A stretch of 64,000 nt of DNA from an uncultured bacterium (GCA_963845185.1 CAWJRG010000011.1:32001-96000); one strand, 5' to 3'; numbered from the stretch's first letter, positions 29,540 to 39,316 are shown. Notes: generated by a model from the letters alone, not told the origin. Numbers and translations are program-made.

Positions 29540-31444
29540 TGTGAGTAGACATCTTTTATAACCTCCTTTGGTTACTTAATGCCCCTCTCAGAACCGAACG
29601 TGACCGTTTCGGTCATTCGGCTCCACGGGAATACTTCCTAATACGATGACAGCGAATAGGTTAAATGATATATCCTGGGTTCCGGCAATGGGTTGTATCT
29701 TAGAAAGCGGCAAAACTGTTCCCAGTTGTAACTTCTTTTCTGGCTTCGCCTGTTTATCCATTTATAGGCGAGCGCACGATTTCTCCAGTAGAATTTTGTT
29801 ATTTGGGGCATATTACCGCTTATCCCGTAATAATTGTAGTGGCCCGTTAACTTTCTTCCTAATGCCTGCCACCACTGTTTTAATTCCACAAGATTTCTTA
29901 CGCTCTTTAGCCAGAAGTTCGTCGCCTTCATCTTCTGTTTGAATTTTGTACTTGCCGTCCTTCGGCCTAATTTGAAGCCGCCCTTTCTGGTTTTGTCGCA
30001 GTAATGAGTAAACCCGAGGAAATCAAAGGTCGGAATTTTCCCGCCTGTATCTTTGGACTTATACCAGGCGTGACGCCCGAATACGATTATTCTCGATTTA
30101 TCTTTGGCGATTTTGAGGCCAAACTTATCAAGCCTCTGTCTTAACATTTCGCCAAACTCCTTTGCTTCGCTGTCATATTGGAACAGCACAACAAAGTCAT
30201 CGGCATAACGTATCAGACTGGCGTATCCTTTGAGCTGTCTCTTGACATGCCTTTCGAACCACAGGTCTAATATGTAGTGTAGGTAGATGTTCGCCAGTAA
30301 TGGGCTTAGTATTCCGCCCTGCGGCGTCCCTTTATCCGTTTCGATAAACTTACCTTCTTCCATAATCCCTGCATTTAATATCCTGCCGATTAACCTTATC
30401 AGGTTTGTATCGGCAATCCTTTGCGTAAGGCATTTCATTAGCCATTTGTGGTTTATGGTATCGAAAAACTTCTCAATGTCCATATCCACTACTGCGTTGA
30501 CTGGCTTTGTCATTACTTCCTTATCCAGAATTTTCAATGCCTGATGACAATTTCTGTCAGGCCTGAACCCGTAAGATACTTCGCTGAAGTCTACCTCAAA
30601 GATTGACTCAAGAATTTTCTTTACCCCCATCTGGATTATCTTATCCTCGACGGCAGGTATTCCCAGCGGCCTCTTGTCTCCGTTTGTCTTGGGGATGTAG
30701 ACGCGCCTTGTTGGTTGCGGTATGTATCTCCACGCCTTCATCCTATTGATTAAATCCTTGATATTTGCCTCTTTGTTGACTTCATATTCCTCTATCCTTA
30801 CTCCGTCAATGCCCGGGGCTTTGTCCTGTTTTAACTCCTCAAAGCACTCCATTAGAAACTCCTCATTGAGCAGGTGTATCAGCGATGTAAATCTCAATTT
30901 TGGATTTTCCTTTGCCCGCATTGTTATGGTCATAAGTTTTGTTGCCATTCCGTCTCCACCTCTGTGTGTGGCGGTTGTCTCCCTTATGTCCATACGCATT
31001 CCCTCTATCCCCTTTTCTCCATCTACTTTCGTAGACTTCATCGATACTATGGGATAGTCAGACTGCCGGAACATCTTTTGCGGCTCCTTATCTTTTAGGA
31101 TTTGTCGCCGCATACTCTCGTTTTGAGGGTGTCCCGGCTCTCCCGAGTTCATATCTGCTCCTTGACATCTTGACACGGACTTAGACCCCGTCGGATTCCC
31201 ACTCTCTCGCCTTTTATGATTGTGGGACTGCTGCCTGCTCTTTTATGAAAAATGTCGGCCTCCGACACGTTGGCGATTTCGGGGCTCAATACCTTCACTT
31301 GCGTTGTATCCCGATGTCTCCCGCCTTCCAGCTTCATTTAGCTCGTTGCCTCACTATTTGTGGAATTTGGTATTGGGCTGGCGGCTGACCTTTGCCCAGG
31401 CTGGACTTTCACCAGCGCGAACCGATACGCTTTTCTCGGCGCAC
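29540..31444 (-). mobile_element. Group II intron (~1.9 kb)
   Basis: 5' GTGCG at 31444; domain V GAGCCGAATGACCGAAACGGTCACGTTCGGTTC; domain VI GGGGCAT...ATGTCT-A-CTC; 3' end uncertain by 1 nt. Confidence 0.88.
29638..30948 (-). CDS. ltrA: Group II intron reverse transcriptase/maturase (no endonuclease domain)
   Basis: APGIDG, RPLGIP, SYGFRP, GTPQGGILSPLLANIYL, RYADDF, FDFLGF, GHYNYY; likely start MATKL at 30948. Confidence 0.93.
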   Translation of the reverse strand: MATKLMTITMRAKENPKLRFTSLIHLLNEEFLMECFEELKQDKAPGIDGVRIEEYEVNKEANIKDLINRMKAWRYIPQPTRRVYIPKTNGDKRPLGIPAVEDKIIQMGVKKILESIFEVDFSEVSYGFRPDRNCHQALKILDKEVMTKPVNAVVDMDIEKFFDTINHKWLMKCLTQRIADTNLIRLIGRILNAGIMEEGKFIETDKGTPQGGILSPLLANIYLHYILDLWFERHVKRQLKGYASLIRYADDFVVLFQYDSEAKEFGEMLRQRLDKFGLKIAKDKSRIIVFGRHAWYKSKDTGGKIPTFDFLGFTHYCDKTRKGGFKLGRRTASTKFKQKMKATNFWLKSVRNLVELKQWWQALGRKLTGHYNYYGISGNMPQITKFYWRNRALAYKWINRRSQKRSYNWEQFCRFLRYNPLPEPRIYHLTYSLSSY

Positions 31445-31529
31445 TCATAACCGCCTCCCTTGGTTAAATATCCCTGTGAGATATTTAACGGGTAGTATCA
31501 ATAAGTCATCATATTAAAAACTACCCTAA

Positions 31530-31622
31530 GTTTACTTTCTCAAACCGTCAACAGGTGCCGGGAAAGTATTACGAAATCATGTACCTGCTCAAGTCCAAGG
31601 CTATTGCCGAGGGCAAGTGGTA
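31530..31622 (-). ncRNA. Candidate cis-regulatory structured RNA motif, copy B
   Basis: Aligns with copies A and C; lies downstream of a TTGATT-17-CATAAT promoter-like sequence. Confidence 0.55.
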
Positions 31623-31740
31623 TATTTTTGTTTTTAATTTACAAATATAATTATGTCCCCAAAAAGATACTTAATCAAGGTTTTTGCTCAACTACCCCGC
31701 TTTGCTTCGCAGAGCGTCCAACCTTCCACTCCTCCGCTCC

Positions 31741-34331
31741 GTATCTGTTGAGGAATAAGGGGCAAAGTACGTATATTATACGAAAAATTGGATTCGGGGC
31801 ATGGGTAAACAAGACAAAAAGATTTAAAAAAAATTAATTAAACCGGGAAATTAAAGGGGCGGTTGACCAAACCGCCCTCCGCAGAGGAAAAAGTACAAAA
31901 CAGCGCTGTGCCTCTACGCAACGCCGTATATTTATTTTTAAACGGAAACCTGATCCACCGGATTCAGGCAGTAGTTTGTCTATAGCTTAAAAAGCATATC
32001 AGCGTAAGTTGGTACCGGCCACAATTTTGCCGGCATTATTTTTTCCACAGAGTCAACATCGGTCCTGAGTTCGGCGCAACCCGTGAAAATTTTGTCCCTT
32101 ACAAATTCCGCTTTTTTTGTCACGCTTTCAATGGACTGGGATGCAACAACGGCATCTTCGAGTTTCCTGGCTTTGCCGGATATTGAGTCGAGCATGGAGG
32201 TTATTTCCTTTAAAAGCGCTGATTGGGTATCCGAGGTACCGCCGGCGGATTTAATTTCCGTGATTGTTTCCGCAAGCTGCCTGGTAAATTTAATTAACGC
32301 CGGAATATATAGGGTTTTTGCCATTTTCAGCGCTGTCTGCGCCTCTATGTTAACAACCTTTATGTAGTGTTCTATGTAAACATCGTACCTTGAATGAAGC
32401 TCCTCTTTGGAAAGCACGTTGTATTTTGAGAAGAGGTCCTCTGCTTCTTTGCCGGTGAAAACTTTATGCGCGTCAACCATGTTCTTGACATTCGGCAAAC
32501 CGCGTTTTTCAGCTTCTTTCACCCATTCTTCCGAGTAGTTGTTGCCGTTAAAAATTATCCTGCTGTGGGCTTTAATTACATCCTTTAAAATAGCGGCAAC
32601 TTCAGCATTGGTATCTTTGGATTTTTCCAGCCTGGTGGCAAATTCGTCAAGGGTTTCAGCCACTATTGTATTGAGGACGAAGTTCGGCGTGGCAATTGAG
32701 GCTGACGCGCCGACCATCCTGAACTCGAATTTGTTTCCCGTGAAAGCAAAAGGCGAAGTCCTGTTCCTGTCCGAGTTATCCTTCGGGAAAACAGGCAGTG
32801 AATCGACGCCGATTTTTATGGGCGCGTTGGTGAACCCGGCAACTTTCCTACCTTCTGCTATTGCCATAACTGTCTCTGTGATCTGGTCCCCAAGGAACAT
32901 TGAAATGATTGCCGGAGGCGCTTCGTTGGCCCCGAGCCTGTGGTCGTTGCCGGGTGTCGCGGCAGCTGCCCGTAAAAGATCGGAATGTTTGTCGACCGCG
33001 TTTATCAGGGCGGATAAGAAGATTAAAAACTGCGCGTTGTCGTGTGGGTTATCGCCGGGTTCTAGGAGGTTTAAATCATCGTCTGTGGAGAGCGACCAGT
33101 TATTGTGCTTGCCTGAACCATTTATGCCCGCATAAGGCTTCTCGTGAAGAAGGCATACAAGGCCGTAGCGCAGCGCCACTTTTTGCATTGTTTCCATCGC
33201 GAGCTGGTTGTGGTCAACGGCAAGATTCAGGTTTTCAAATACAGGCGCCATTTCAAACTGGGCAGGGGCAACTTCGTTGTGCCTGGTTTTTGATGGAATG
33301 CTAAGCTTCCATAACTCAAGGTCAAGATCGGTCATGAATGCGGAGACGCTGTCTTTTATTGAGCCTAAATACTGGTCTTCAAGTTCCTGGCCTTTTGGCG
33401 AGGGAGCGCCGAAAAGCGTCCTGCCGCAAAGCATCAGGTCTATCCTTTTCAGGAAAAGCTCCCTGTCAATCAGGAAGTATTCCTGTTCCGGCCCGAGAGT
33501 GGCAAATACTTTTTTTGATGTTTTATTTCCCATGGCGCGGAGGACCCTTAAAGCTTGTTTTGATACGGCGTCTATGGACCTTAAAACAGGGATCTTTTTA
33601 TCAAGCGCGACTCCTGTATATGAGTAAAAAGCCGTTGGAATACACAGGGTGACATCGCCGTCCGCGTCTTCTTTTAGGAAGGCCGGGGAAGAAGAATCCC
33701 ACACGGTATAGCCGCGGGCCTCAAATGTCGCGCGTAATCCGCCTGACGGGAATGACGAAGCGTCCGGTTCGCCCTTTATCAGCTGCTTGCCTGAGAATTC
33801 AAGCACGACGCCGCCGTCTTTGGCAGGCGAGATAAATGAATCATGCTTTTCCGCCGTTGTGTCAGTGAGCGGCTGAAACCAGTGTGTGTAATGCGTAGCC
33901 CCCCTTTCAATTGCCCAGTCCTTAATATCGTCGGCCACGACTTTTGCCACTTCAAGAGTAAGCTGCTTGCCTTCATCTATGGTTTTTTTGAGTTCTGTAT
34001 AGGTTTTTTGGGGCAGCCTTTTTTTCATTAACCTGTCGTTGTAGACATTTGATCCAAAAACTTTTGTAAGGCTAAGCTTTTTCTTTTCCATATCCTTTCA
34101 CCTCTGCTTTAAAGTTTTGGGCTGCTAATGCAACCCATGGTCTAAGAAAAAATATAATAGAATGATTTATATTATCCGGTATCCGTAATAACAAAACCAA
34201 CCAGCCTATTTTCATCAGAAATTTTACTATAAAGGATGTTTAAATCAAGAAAAAATTTCCAGGGGGATTAGGTATCTGTTGAGGAGTAAGGGGCAAGGTG
34301 CGTATGTTGTATATTATACGAATGTTAGATT
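31741..34331. repeat. Imperfect ~55-bp direct repeats (31741-31794 and 34272-34331) flanking the GSIII gene
   Basis: GTATCTGTTGAGGARTAAGGGGCAARGTRCGTA...TATTATACGAA in both copies. Confidence 0.7.
31980..34091 (-). CDS. glnA: Glutamine synthetase type III
   Basis: 703 aa; THWFQPLT, EKHDSF, GEPDASSFPSGGLRATFEARGYT, HEKPYAGINGSGKHNNWS, RLGANEAPP, NRTSPFAFTGNKFEFR. Confidence 0.95.
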   Translation of the reverse strand: MEKKKLSLTKVFGSNVYNDRLMKKRLPQKTYTELKKTIDEGKQLTLEVAKVVADDIKDWAIERGATHYTHWFQPLTDTTAEKHDSFISPAKDGGVVLEFSGKQLIKGEPDASSFPSGGLRATFEARGYTVWDSSSPAFLKEDADGDVTLCIPTAFYSYTGVALDKKIPVLRSIDAVSKQALRVLRAMGNKTSKKVFATLGPEQEYFLIDRELFLKRIDLMLCGRTLFGAPSPKGQELEDQYLGSIKDSVSAFMTDLDLELWKLSIPSKTRHNEVAPAQFEMAPVFENLNLAVDHNQLAMETMQKVALRYGLVCLLHEKPYAGINGSGKHNNWSLSTDDDLNLLEPGDNPHDNAQFLIFLSALINAVDKHSDLLRAAAATPGNDHRLGANEAPPAIISMFLGDQITETVMAIAEGRKVAGFTNAPIKIGVDSLPVFPKDNSDRNRTSPFAFTGNKFEFRMVGASASIATPNFVLNTIVAETLDEFATRLEKSKDTNAEVAAILKDVIKAHSRIIFNGNNYSEEWVKEAEKRGLPNVKNMVDAHKVFTGKEAEDLFSKYNVLSKEELHSRYDVYIEHYIKVVNIEAQTALKMAKTLYIPALIKFTRQLAETITEIKSAGGTSDTQSALLKEITSMLDSISGKARKLEDAVVASQSIESVTKKAEFVRDKIFTGCAELRTDVDSVEKIMPAKLWPVPTYADMLFKL

Positions 34332-34391
34332 TTAGCATTTTTACCAAATAAGGCACAAGGCAGGGCCCTGGCACTTTTTTCCTTTTTAAAA

Positions 34392-35159
34392 TTATTGTTC
34401 CCCATCCTGCAAAATTTCAACCCGCACGTCCTTATCAACCATATCCCTGAAATTTCTCGCCACATTTTTGCCAAGCTGATAGTGCATTGGGATTGCCACG
34501 GCCGGTTTCATTTCGTTTATCATTGCCGCGGCCTGTTTCGGGTCCATGGCTGTCGCTCCCGTACCGATCGGTATCATGGCTACCGTGATTTCTTTTATCT
34601 CCTTCATTTCCGGTATAAGGTCGGTGTCGCCTGCGTGATAAACCCTGGCGCCGCCGAGCGTAAGTATATAACCAACGTATTTTGCCGGTTTTGGATGAAG
34701 GGTTAGCCATAAAAATCCGTGTTTTGTATTATAAGAAGCCGTGGTTTCACATTTCATGCCTCCCAGCTCAAAAATTTCACCCGGCTTGACTTCCTTCACG
34801 TTATACCCCGCCAGCTTTTTTACGGCCGGCTTCGGGCATACTATCAGCGTTTCTTTTTTTGTTATTTTCTTTATATTCGGCATGGACATATGGTCCATAT
34901 GGGGGTGAGTTATGAATATATAATCCGCCGGCTTTGCGTTTTCTATTATATAAGGGTCAAGATAAATGACCCTGCCTTTCCACTCTATCCTGAAGCTTGA
35001 CGGGAAAATATTCATCTTAATGAGCCCTGTCGTATGTATGGCCCCGGTGGATGTTATGGAAAAATCCCCGGGCATCTGGATGCTCCTTGTGTCGCCGCTG
35101 CTTTTGAAATTAATCAATGCCATTGTATTTTCTCCTAATTCCGCGATGATAAGTCTCAT
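34392..35159 (-). CDS. MBL-fold metallo-hydrolase
   Basis: ITHPHMDHM, YHAGDT, AIPMHY. Confidence 0.88.
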   Translation of the reverse strand: MRLIIAELGENTMALINFKSSGDTRSIQMPGDFSITSTGAIHTTGLIKMNIFPSSFRIEWKGRVIYLDPYIIENAKPADYIFITHPHMDHMSMPNIKKITKKETLIVCPKPAVKKLAGYNVKEVKPGEIFELGGMKCETTASYNTKHGFLWLTLHPKPAKYVGYILTLGGARVYHAGDTDLIPEMKEIKEITVAMIPIGTGATAMDPKQAAAMINEMKPAVAIPMHYQLGKNVARNFRDMVDKDVRVEILQDGEQ

Positions 35160-35262
35160 TGCAATTTGATAATGTCATTAATTATATTCCCCTAAAAACG
35201 CCTTGTCAAGCAAGCTAAATTTGCCCAATTTTAATTAAATGCCAGGCATATTATAATTCATT

Positions 35263-35290
35263 GTAGAGACGTTTTGCAAAACGTCTCTAC
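35263..35290. repeat. GTAG-type REP-like palindrome
   Basis: GTAGAGACGTTTTGCAAAACGTCTCTAC, a perfect palindrome. Confidence 0.72.
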
Positions 35291-35325
35291 TTTATTAAAT
35301 TTAATATATCGACATGTATAAAATA

Positions 35326-35356
35326 CAAAAGGCCAGGCAGATGCCCGGCCTTTTTG
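35326..35356 (-). terminator. Rho-independent terminator after ppdK
   Basis: AAAAGGCCAGGCA-GA-TGCCCGGCCTTTT. Confidence 0.65.
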
Positions 35357-35369
35357 CTTTAAAAATATA

Positions 35370-38165
35370 TTATTTGTCTTTTTCTTTTGTTTTTTTATTT
35401 TTCTTTGCCAGTTTGTCCTTTATCGCCGCGTGCGCAGCCGCAAGCCTCGCGATAGGAACCCTGTACGGCGAGCATGACACGTAATCAAGCCCTGTCCTGT
35501 GGCAGAACTCAACAGATGCCGGGTCCCCGCCGTGCTCCCCGCATATGCCTATTTTCAGTTTCGGCCTGGCCGAGCGTCCGAGCCTTACAGCCATGTCAAC
35601 GAGCTTTCCTACACCCTTCTGGTCCAGTGTCTGGAACGGATCCGCGTCAAATATTTTTTTGTCGATATACACCTTTGTGAACTTGCCCGAGTCGTCGCGC
35701 GAGAAGCCCAGCGTGGTCTGTGTCAGGTCGTTTGTCCCGAACGAGAAAAACTCGGCTTCTTTTGCTATTTCATCCGCCGTTATGGCAGCCCTCGGGATTT
35801 CTATCATGGTGCCCACCATGTACGGTATCTTTTTCCCTTTTTCAGCCATGACTTTGCCTGCTGTCTCATCCACGACTTTCTTCTGGTCAAGGAATTCCTT
35901 TACATTGCCCACAAGGGGAATCATTATTTCCGGCACAATTTTCTTGCCTTTATTGACAAGGTCAATCGCAGCTTCGATGATGGCGCGCGTCTGCATCTCG
36001 GTAATTTCAGGGTACGTTATGCCGAGCCTGCATCCCCTGTGCCCGAGCATCGGGTTGAATTCGTGCAGTTCCTCTACCCTGTGCAGCAGCTTTTTCGCCT
36101 TATCGAGGTCCGAACCTGCTCCAGTTATCAGGTCCAGGGATTTTTTCAGCATCTCATTTTGCATTGTCGTTTCGCCTTTAGCTTCCATCTTCGCCACTTC
36201 TACCATGAGTTCCTCGCGCTTGGGAAGGAATTCATGCAGCGGCGGGTCAAGGAACCTAATGGTCACGCCATAGCCTTCCATGGCCTCGAAAAGCCCGGAA
36301 AAATCGCTTCTCTGCATAGGCAGCAGCCTGTCAAGCGCCACCCTGCGGCCTGCTTCGTCGTTTGCCAGGATCATTGCCTGCATGTGCGGAAGTCTGTCTT
36401 CGGCGAAGAACATATGCTCGGTCCTGCACAATCCGATGCCCTGGGCCCCGAAATCAACCGCGACTTTTGCGTCCCTTGGTATGTCGGCGTTTGCCCTGAC
36501 TTTCAGCACTTTTACCTCGTCTACCCAGTTCATGAATGTGCCGAACTCGCCTTCCATTTTCGGCTCGGTTGTCGGGACTTTGCCCAAAAGTACCTGGCCC
36601 GTGGTCCCGTCAATGGATATCCAGTCCCCTTCCTTAACTACTATATCCTTGTCTTTTACCGTGAATTGTTTCGTGTGTTCGTCCACTTTCAAAGCCTCGC
36701 ACCCTGCAACGCAAACCTTGCCCATCTGCCTTGCTACGACAGCCGCGTGTGAAGTCGCGCCGCCGCGTGCAGTCAGGATGCCTGTAGCCTTATCCATGCC
36801 GTGTATGTCGTCAGGCGATGTCTCAAGCCTCACGAGTATCACTTTTTCGCCGCCTTCTGCCCATTTTACCGCGTCGTCCGCTGTGAACACAGCCTTGCCT
36901 GTCGCTGCGCCCGGTGACGCGTTTATGCCTTTTGCTATGACTTTTTTCTCGGCTTTCGGGTCAAATACGGGGTGCAGCAGCTGGTCAAGCTGAGCCGGCT
37001 CAACCCTGAGTATCGCTTCTTCCTTTGTTATGAGTTTCTCAGCCACCATGTCGACAGCCGCTCTTACCGCAGCCATACCCGTCCTTTTTCCCGAACGTGT
37101 CTGGAGCATGTAAAGCTTGCCTTTCTCAATGGTAAATTCGAAATCCTGCATGTCCTTATAATGTTTTTCAAGCCTTGTTGTAATTTCGCGGAGCTGCTTG
37201 TGCACTTCCGGCATTTCTTTTTCCAGCGCGGCAATAGGCTGGGGCGTCCTTATGCCTGCAACTACATCCTCACCCTGCGCGTTTAAAAGATATTCGCCGT
37301 AAAAAACTTTTTCACCATTTGCCGGATTTCTCGTGAACCCCACGCCCGTTCCCGAGTCATTGCCCATGTTTCCGAAAACCATTGCCTGCACATTTACAGC
37401 CGTACCGAGGTCATCGGATATGCCGTTGGCCTTCCTGTAATATATAGCCCTGTCGTTCATCCATGATTTGAACACGGCATCCCTGGCGCCGCGGAGCTGC
37501 TCGAGCGGGTCCTGCGGGAAGTCCCTGCCAAATTCCTTTTTCACAAAAGCCTTAAATTCCGATACCATGTCCTTGAAGTCTTCAGCGCCAAAGTCCACGT
37601 CGTATTTAATGCCTTTTTTCTCTTTCCTTATGTCTATTAAATGCTCAAATTTGGACTTTGAAAGGTCCATGACAACATCCGAGTACATCTGGATAAACCT
37701 TCTGTAGGAATCCCAGGCAAAGCGCGGGTTGTTTGTCCTTTTTATTATTGCCTGCACAGTCGTGTCGTTTATGCCAAGGTTCAATATTGTATCCATCATC
37801 CCGGGCATGGAAAATTTCGCGCCTGAGCGGACCGATACGAGCAGCGGATTCTCTTTGTCGGAGAATCGTTTTCCCTCGGTTTCTTCAAGCCTATGGACAT
37901 ACTTCATCATGTCTTCGTCAAGTCCCGCAGGTACTTTATTGCCATGCTTGAAAAAATATACGCATATTTCGGTTGTAATCGTGAATCCCGGCGGCACTGG
38001 AATGCCGGCATTGGTCATTTCAGCCAGCCCTGCGCCTTTTCCGCCCAGCAGGCCTTTCATATCGCCGTTGCCATCGGCCTTTCCGGCACCAAAAAAGTAA
38101 ATGTATTTGGCCCCTTTCCCCTTGCCTGCGGCTTTCTTTTGTTTTGCTTTTGCTTTTTTTGCCAT
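35370..38165 (-). CDS. ppdK: Pyruvate, phosphate dikinase
   Basis: LLGGKGAGLAEM, SMPGMMDTILNLG, TSHAAVVAR, GIGLCRTEHMF, FSFGTNDLTQ, GICGEHGG. Confidence 0.97.
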   Translation of the reverse strand: MAKKAKAKQKKAAGKGKGAKYIYFFGAGKADGNGDMKGLLGGKGAGLAEMTNAGIPVPPGFTITTEICVYFFKHGNKVPAGLDEDMMKYVHRLEETEGKRFSDKENPLLVSVRSGAKFSMPGMMDTILNLGINDTTVQAIIKRTNNPRFAWDSYRRFIQMYSDVVMDLSKSKFEHLIDIRKEKKGIKYDVDFGAEDFKDMVSEFKAFVKKEFGRDFPQDPLEQLRGARDAVFKSWMNDRAIYYRKANGISDDLGTAVNVQAMVFGNMGNDSGTGVGFTRNPANGEKVFYGEYLLNAQGEDVVAGIRTPQPIAALEKEMPEVHKQLREITTRLEKHYKDMQDFEFTIEKGKLYMLQTRSGKRTGMAAVRAAVDMVAEKLITKEEAILRVEPAQLDQLLHPVFDPKAEKKVIAKGINASPGAATGKAVFTADDAVKWAEGGEKVILVRLETSPDDIHGMDKATGILTARGGATSHAAVVARQMGKVCVAGCEALKVDEHTKQFTVKDKDIVVKEGDWISIDGTTGQVLLGKVPTTEPKMEGEFGTFMNWVDEVKVLKVRANADIPRDAKVAVDFGAQGIGLCRTEHMFFAEDRLPHMQAMILANDEAGRRVALDRLLPMQRSDFSGLFEAMEGYGVTIRFLDPPLHEFLPKREELMVEVAKMEAKGETTMQNEMLKKSLDLITGAGSDLDKAKKLLHRVEELHEFNPMLGHRGCRLGITYPEITEMQTRAIIEAAIDLVNKGKKIVPEIMIPLVGNVKEFLDQKKVVDETAGKVMAEKGKKIPYMVGTMIEIPRAAITADEIAKEAEFFSFGTNDLTQTTLGFSRDDSGKFTKVYIDKKIFDADPFQTLDQKGVGKLVDMAVRLGRSARPKLKIGICGEHGGDPASVEFCHRTGLDYVSCSPYRVPIARLAAAHAAIKDKLAKKNKKTKEKDK

Positions 38166-38311
38166 ATTTTTTGCCTCCTTGATTTATTTTAACCCTTGAT
38201 TTTAAAAAGGGCAAAAGCAGAATTTAATCTGCTTTGTTTTTGTTTTTTTAAACAACGGCGAGATTATAACATAACACTTAAGCAATTTCAATAGTTTTCG
38301 GGATGATAAAC

Positions 38312-38346
38312 AAAAAAGCCCTTTCCCAGTTATGGGAAAGGGCTTT
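38312..38346 (-). terminator. Rho-independent terminator after ferredoxin
   Basis: AAAGCCCTTTCCCA/TGGGAAAGGGCTTT stem plus U-tract. Confidence 0.75.
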
Positions 38347-38361
38347 ATATAGGTAAATAAA

Positions 38362-38595
38362 TTATGCCCCGTCATCTCCTATTGAGTTTGTCGGGCATGA
38401 ATCCATTGATTCTTTGCACAATTTTTCCTCAGTCTCATTTGCCGGCTGTTTTGAAACATAAGCATGAGAGCCATCGTCATTTAATTTAAAATTATCAGGA
38501 GTTGTTCCTTCGCATACACCGCAAGCTATGCACTGATCGTCTATGTAATACTTGCCTGCAACATTTTCCGCAACTTTCGCGCTCTTATTCGCCAT
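38362..38595 (-). CDS. Ferredoxin (single Fe-S cluster)
   Basis: CIACGVC ... CPTNSI. Confidence 0.92.
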   Translation of the reverse strand: MANKSAKVAENVAGKYYIDDQCIACGVCEGTTPDNFKLNDDGSHAYVSKQPANETEEKLCKESMDSCPTNSIGDDGA

Positions 38596-38731
38596 ATCGT
38601 CCTTCCTCCTTTACTGTATTTTCGAGTCGTTGAGAGGAATATATACTATTTTATATTTTTTTTCAAGCATTTTTTGCATCTTAAAACGCAATATCGGTAT
38701 ATGCTCTCTTAAAATCTATCCGTTAAAATTA

Positions 38732-39316
38732 TTAAATGTATTTTCTCAATTTGTCCGGCAAACTGCCCCTTAATATCTTTATCCCCTTGCCGGTCAAATC
38801 AATGACAGCCGATGCTTTGCCCTTCACAATATTATCGTTTATTACATAACCGTCACAAAGTTTTATAAGTTTCTTTTCGATATTGCGGAACAAAACCGGA
38901 GTCTTTTTACCTGAAACATTTGCGCTTGTGGCCGCAACCGGAGCGCCTACTTTTTTCATAATCCTATTTAATAATGAATACCTTATGACCCTTATGCCTA
39001 TTGTCCCCGCGGACAGGAATGTAAATGTTTTTTTGTATTTTGGGTTTAATTTCAGGATAACAGTATACGGGCCGGGCAAAAGTTTTTTTAACTTTACGCT
39101 TGATGAAAAGTTTACATTTGCATATTTTTTTATCGATTTTATATCCGGCAGGAATACCTGTAAAGGTTTTTTTTTGTTCCGTTTTTTTATTTTAAAAATC
39201 TTGTTTATTGCTTTTTTATCCGTAGCTTTTGCAAAGATACCGTAAACCGTGTCTGTGGGCAGGATAACCACGCCGTGGTTGTTAAAAATTTCAGGTATTT
39301 CGGATGCTTTAACCAC
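38732..39316 (-). CDS. tsaC: L-threonylcarbamoyladenylate synthase (Sua5/YrdC)
   Basis: LPTDTVYG, KKR...KPL, PGPYTVIL, IGIR, ATSANVSG. Confidence 0.9.
   Translation of the reverse strand: MVKASEIPEIFNNHGVVILPTDTVYGIFAKATDKKAINKIFKIKKRNKKKPLQVFLPDIKSIKKYANVNFSSSVKLKKLLPGPYTVILKLNPKYKKTFTFLSAGTIGIRVIRYSLLNRIMKKVGAPVAATSANVSGKKTPVLFRNIEKKLIKLCDGYVINDNIVKGKASAVIDLTGKGIKILRGSLPDKLRKYI

Larger units (their letters stand above)
29343..31448 (-). pseudogene. Short or internally deleted lipoprotein gene (kelch-like C-terminus) interrupted by a group II intron after ATG-A
   Basis: Joining 31448-31445 to 29539 gives MKKTLIPLLIFTVLFFA|CSKK...NRMWVIAG...NDVWWSK; RBS AAGGGAGG upstream of 31448. Confidence 0.55.

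Noticed and set aside
29638..31176. Reverse transcriptase as a retron, DGR or defence RT
   Set aside because: The YADD motif, maturase X domain, 5' GTGCG and canonical domains V/VI identify a group II intron.
35499..37286. Long plus-strand ORFs (417, 242, 237 aa) and similar antisense ORFs across the window
   Set aside because: They are shadows of well-supported minus-strand genes (ppdK, kdpB, glnA, transposases) and lack recognisable motifs.
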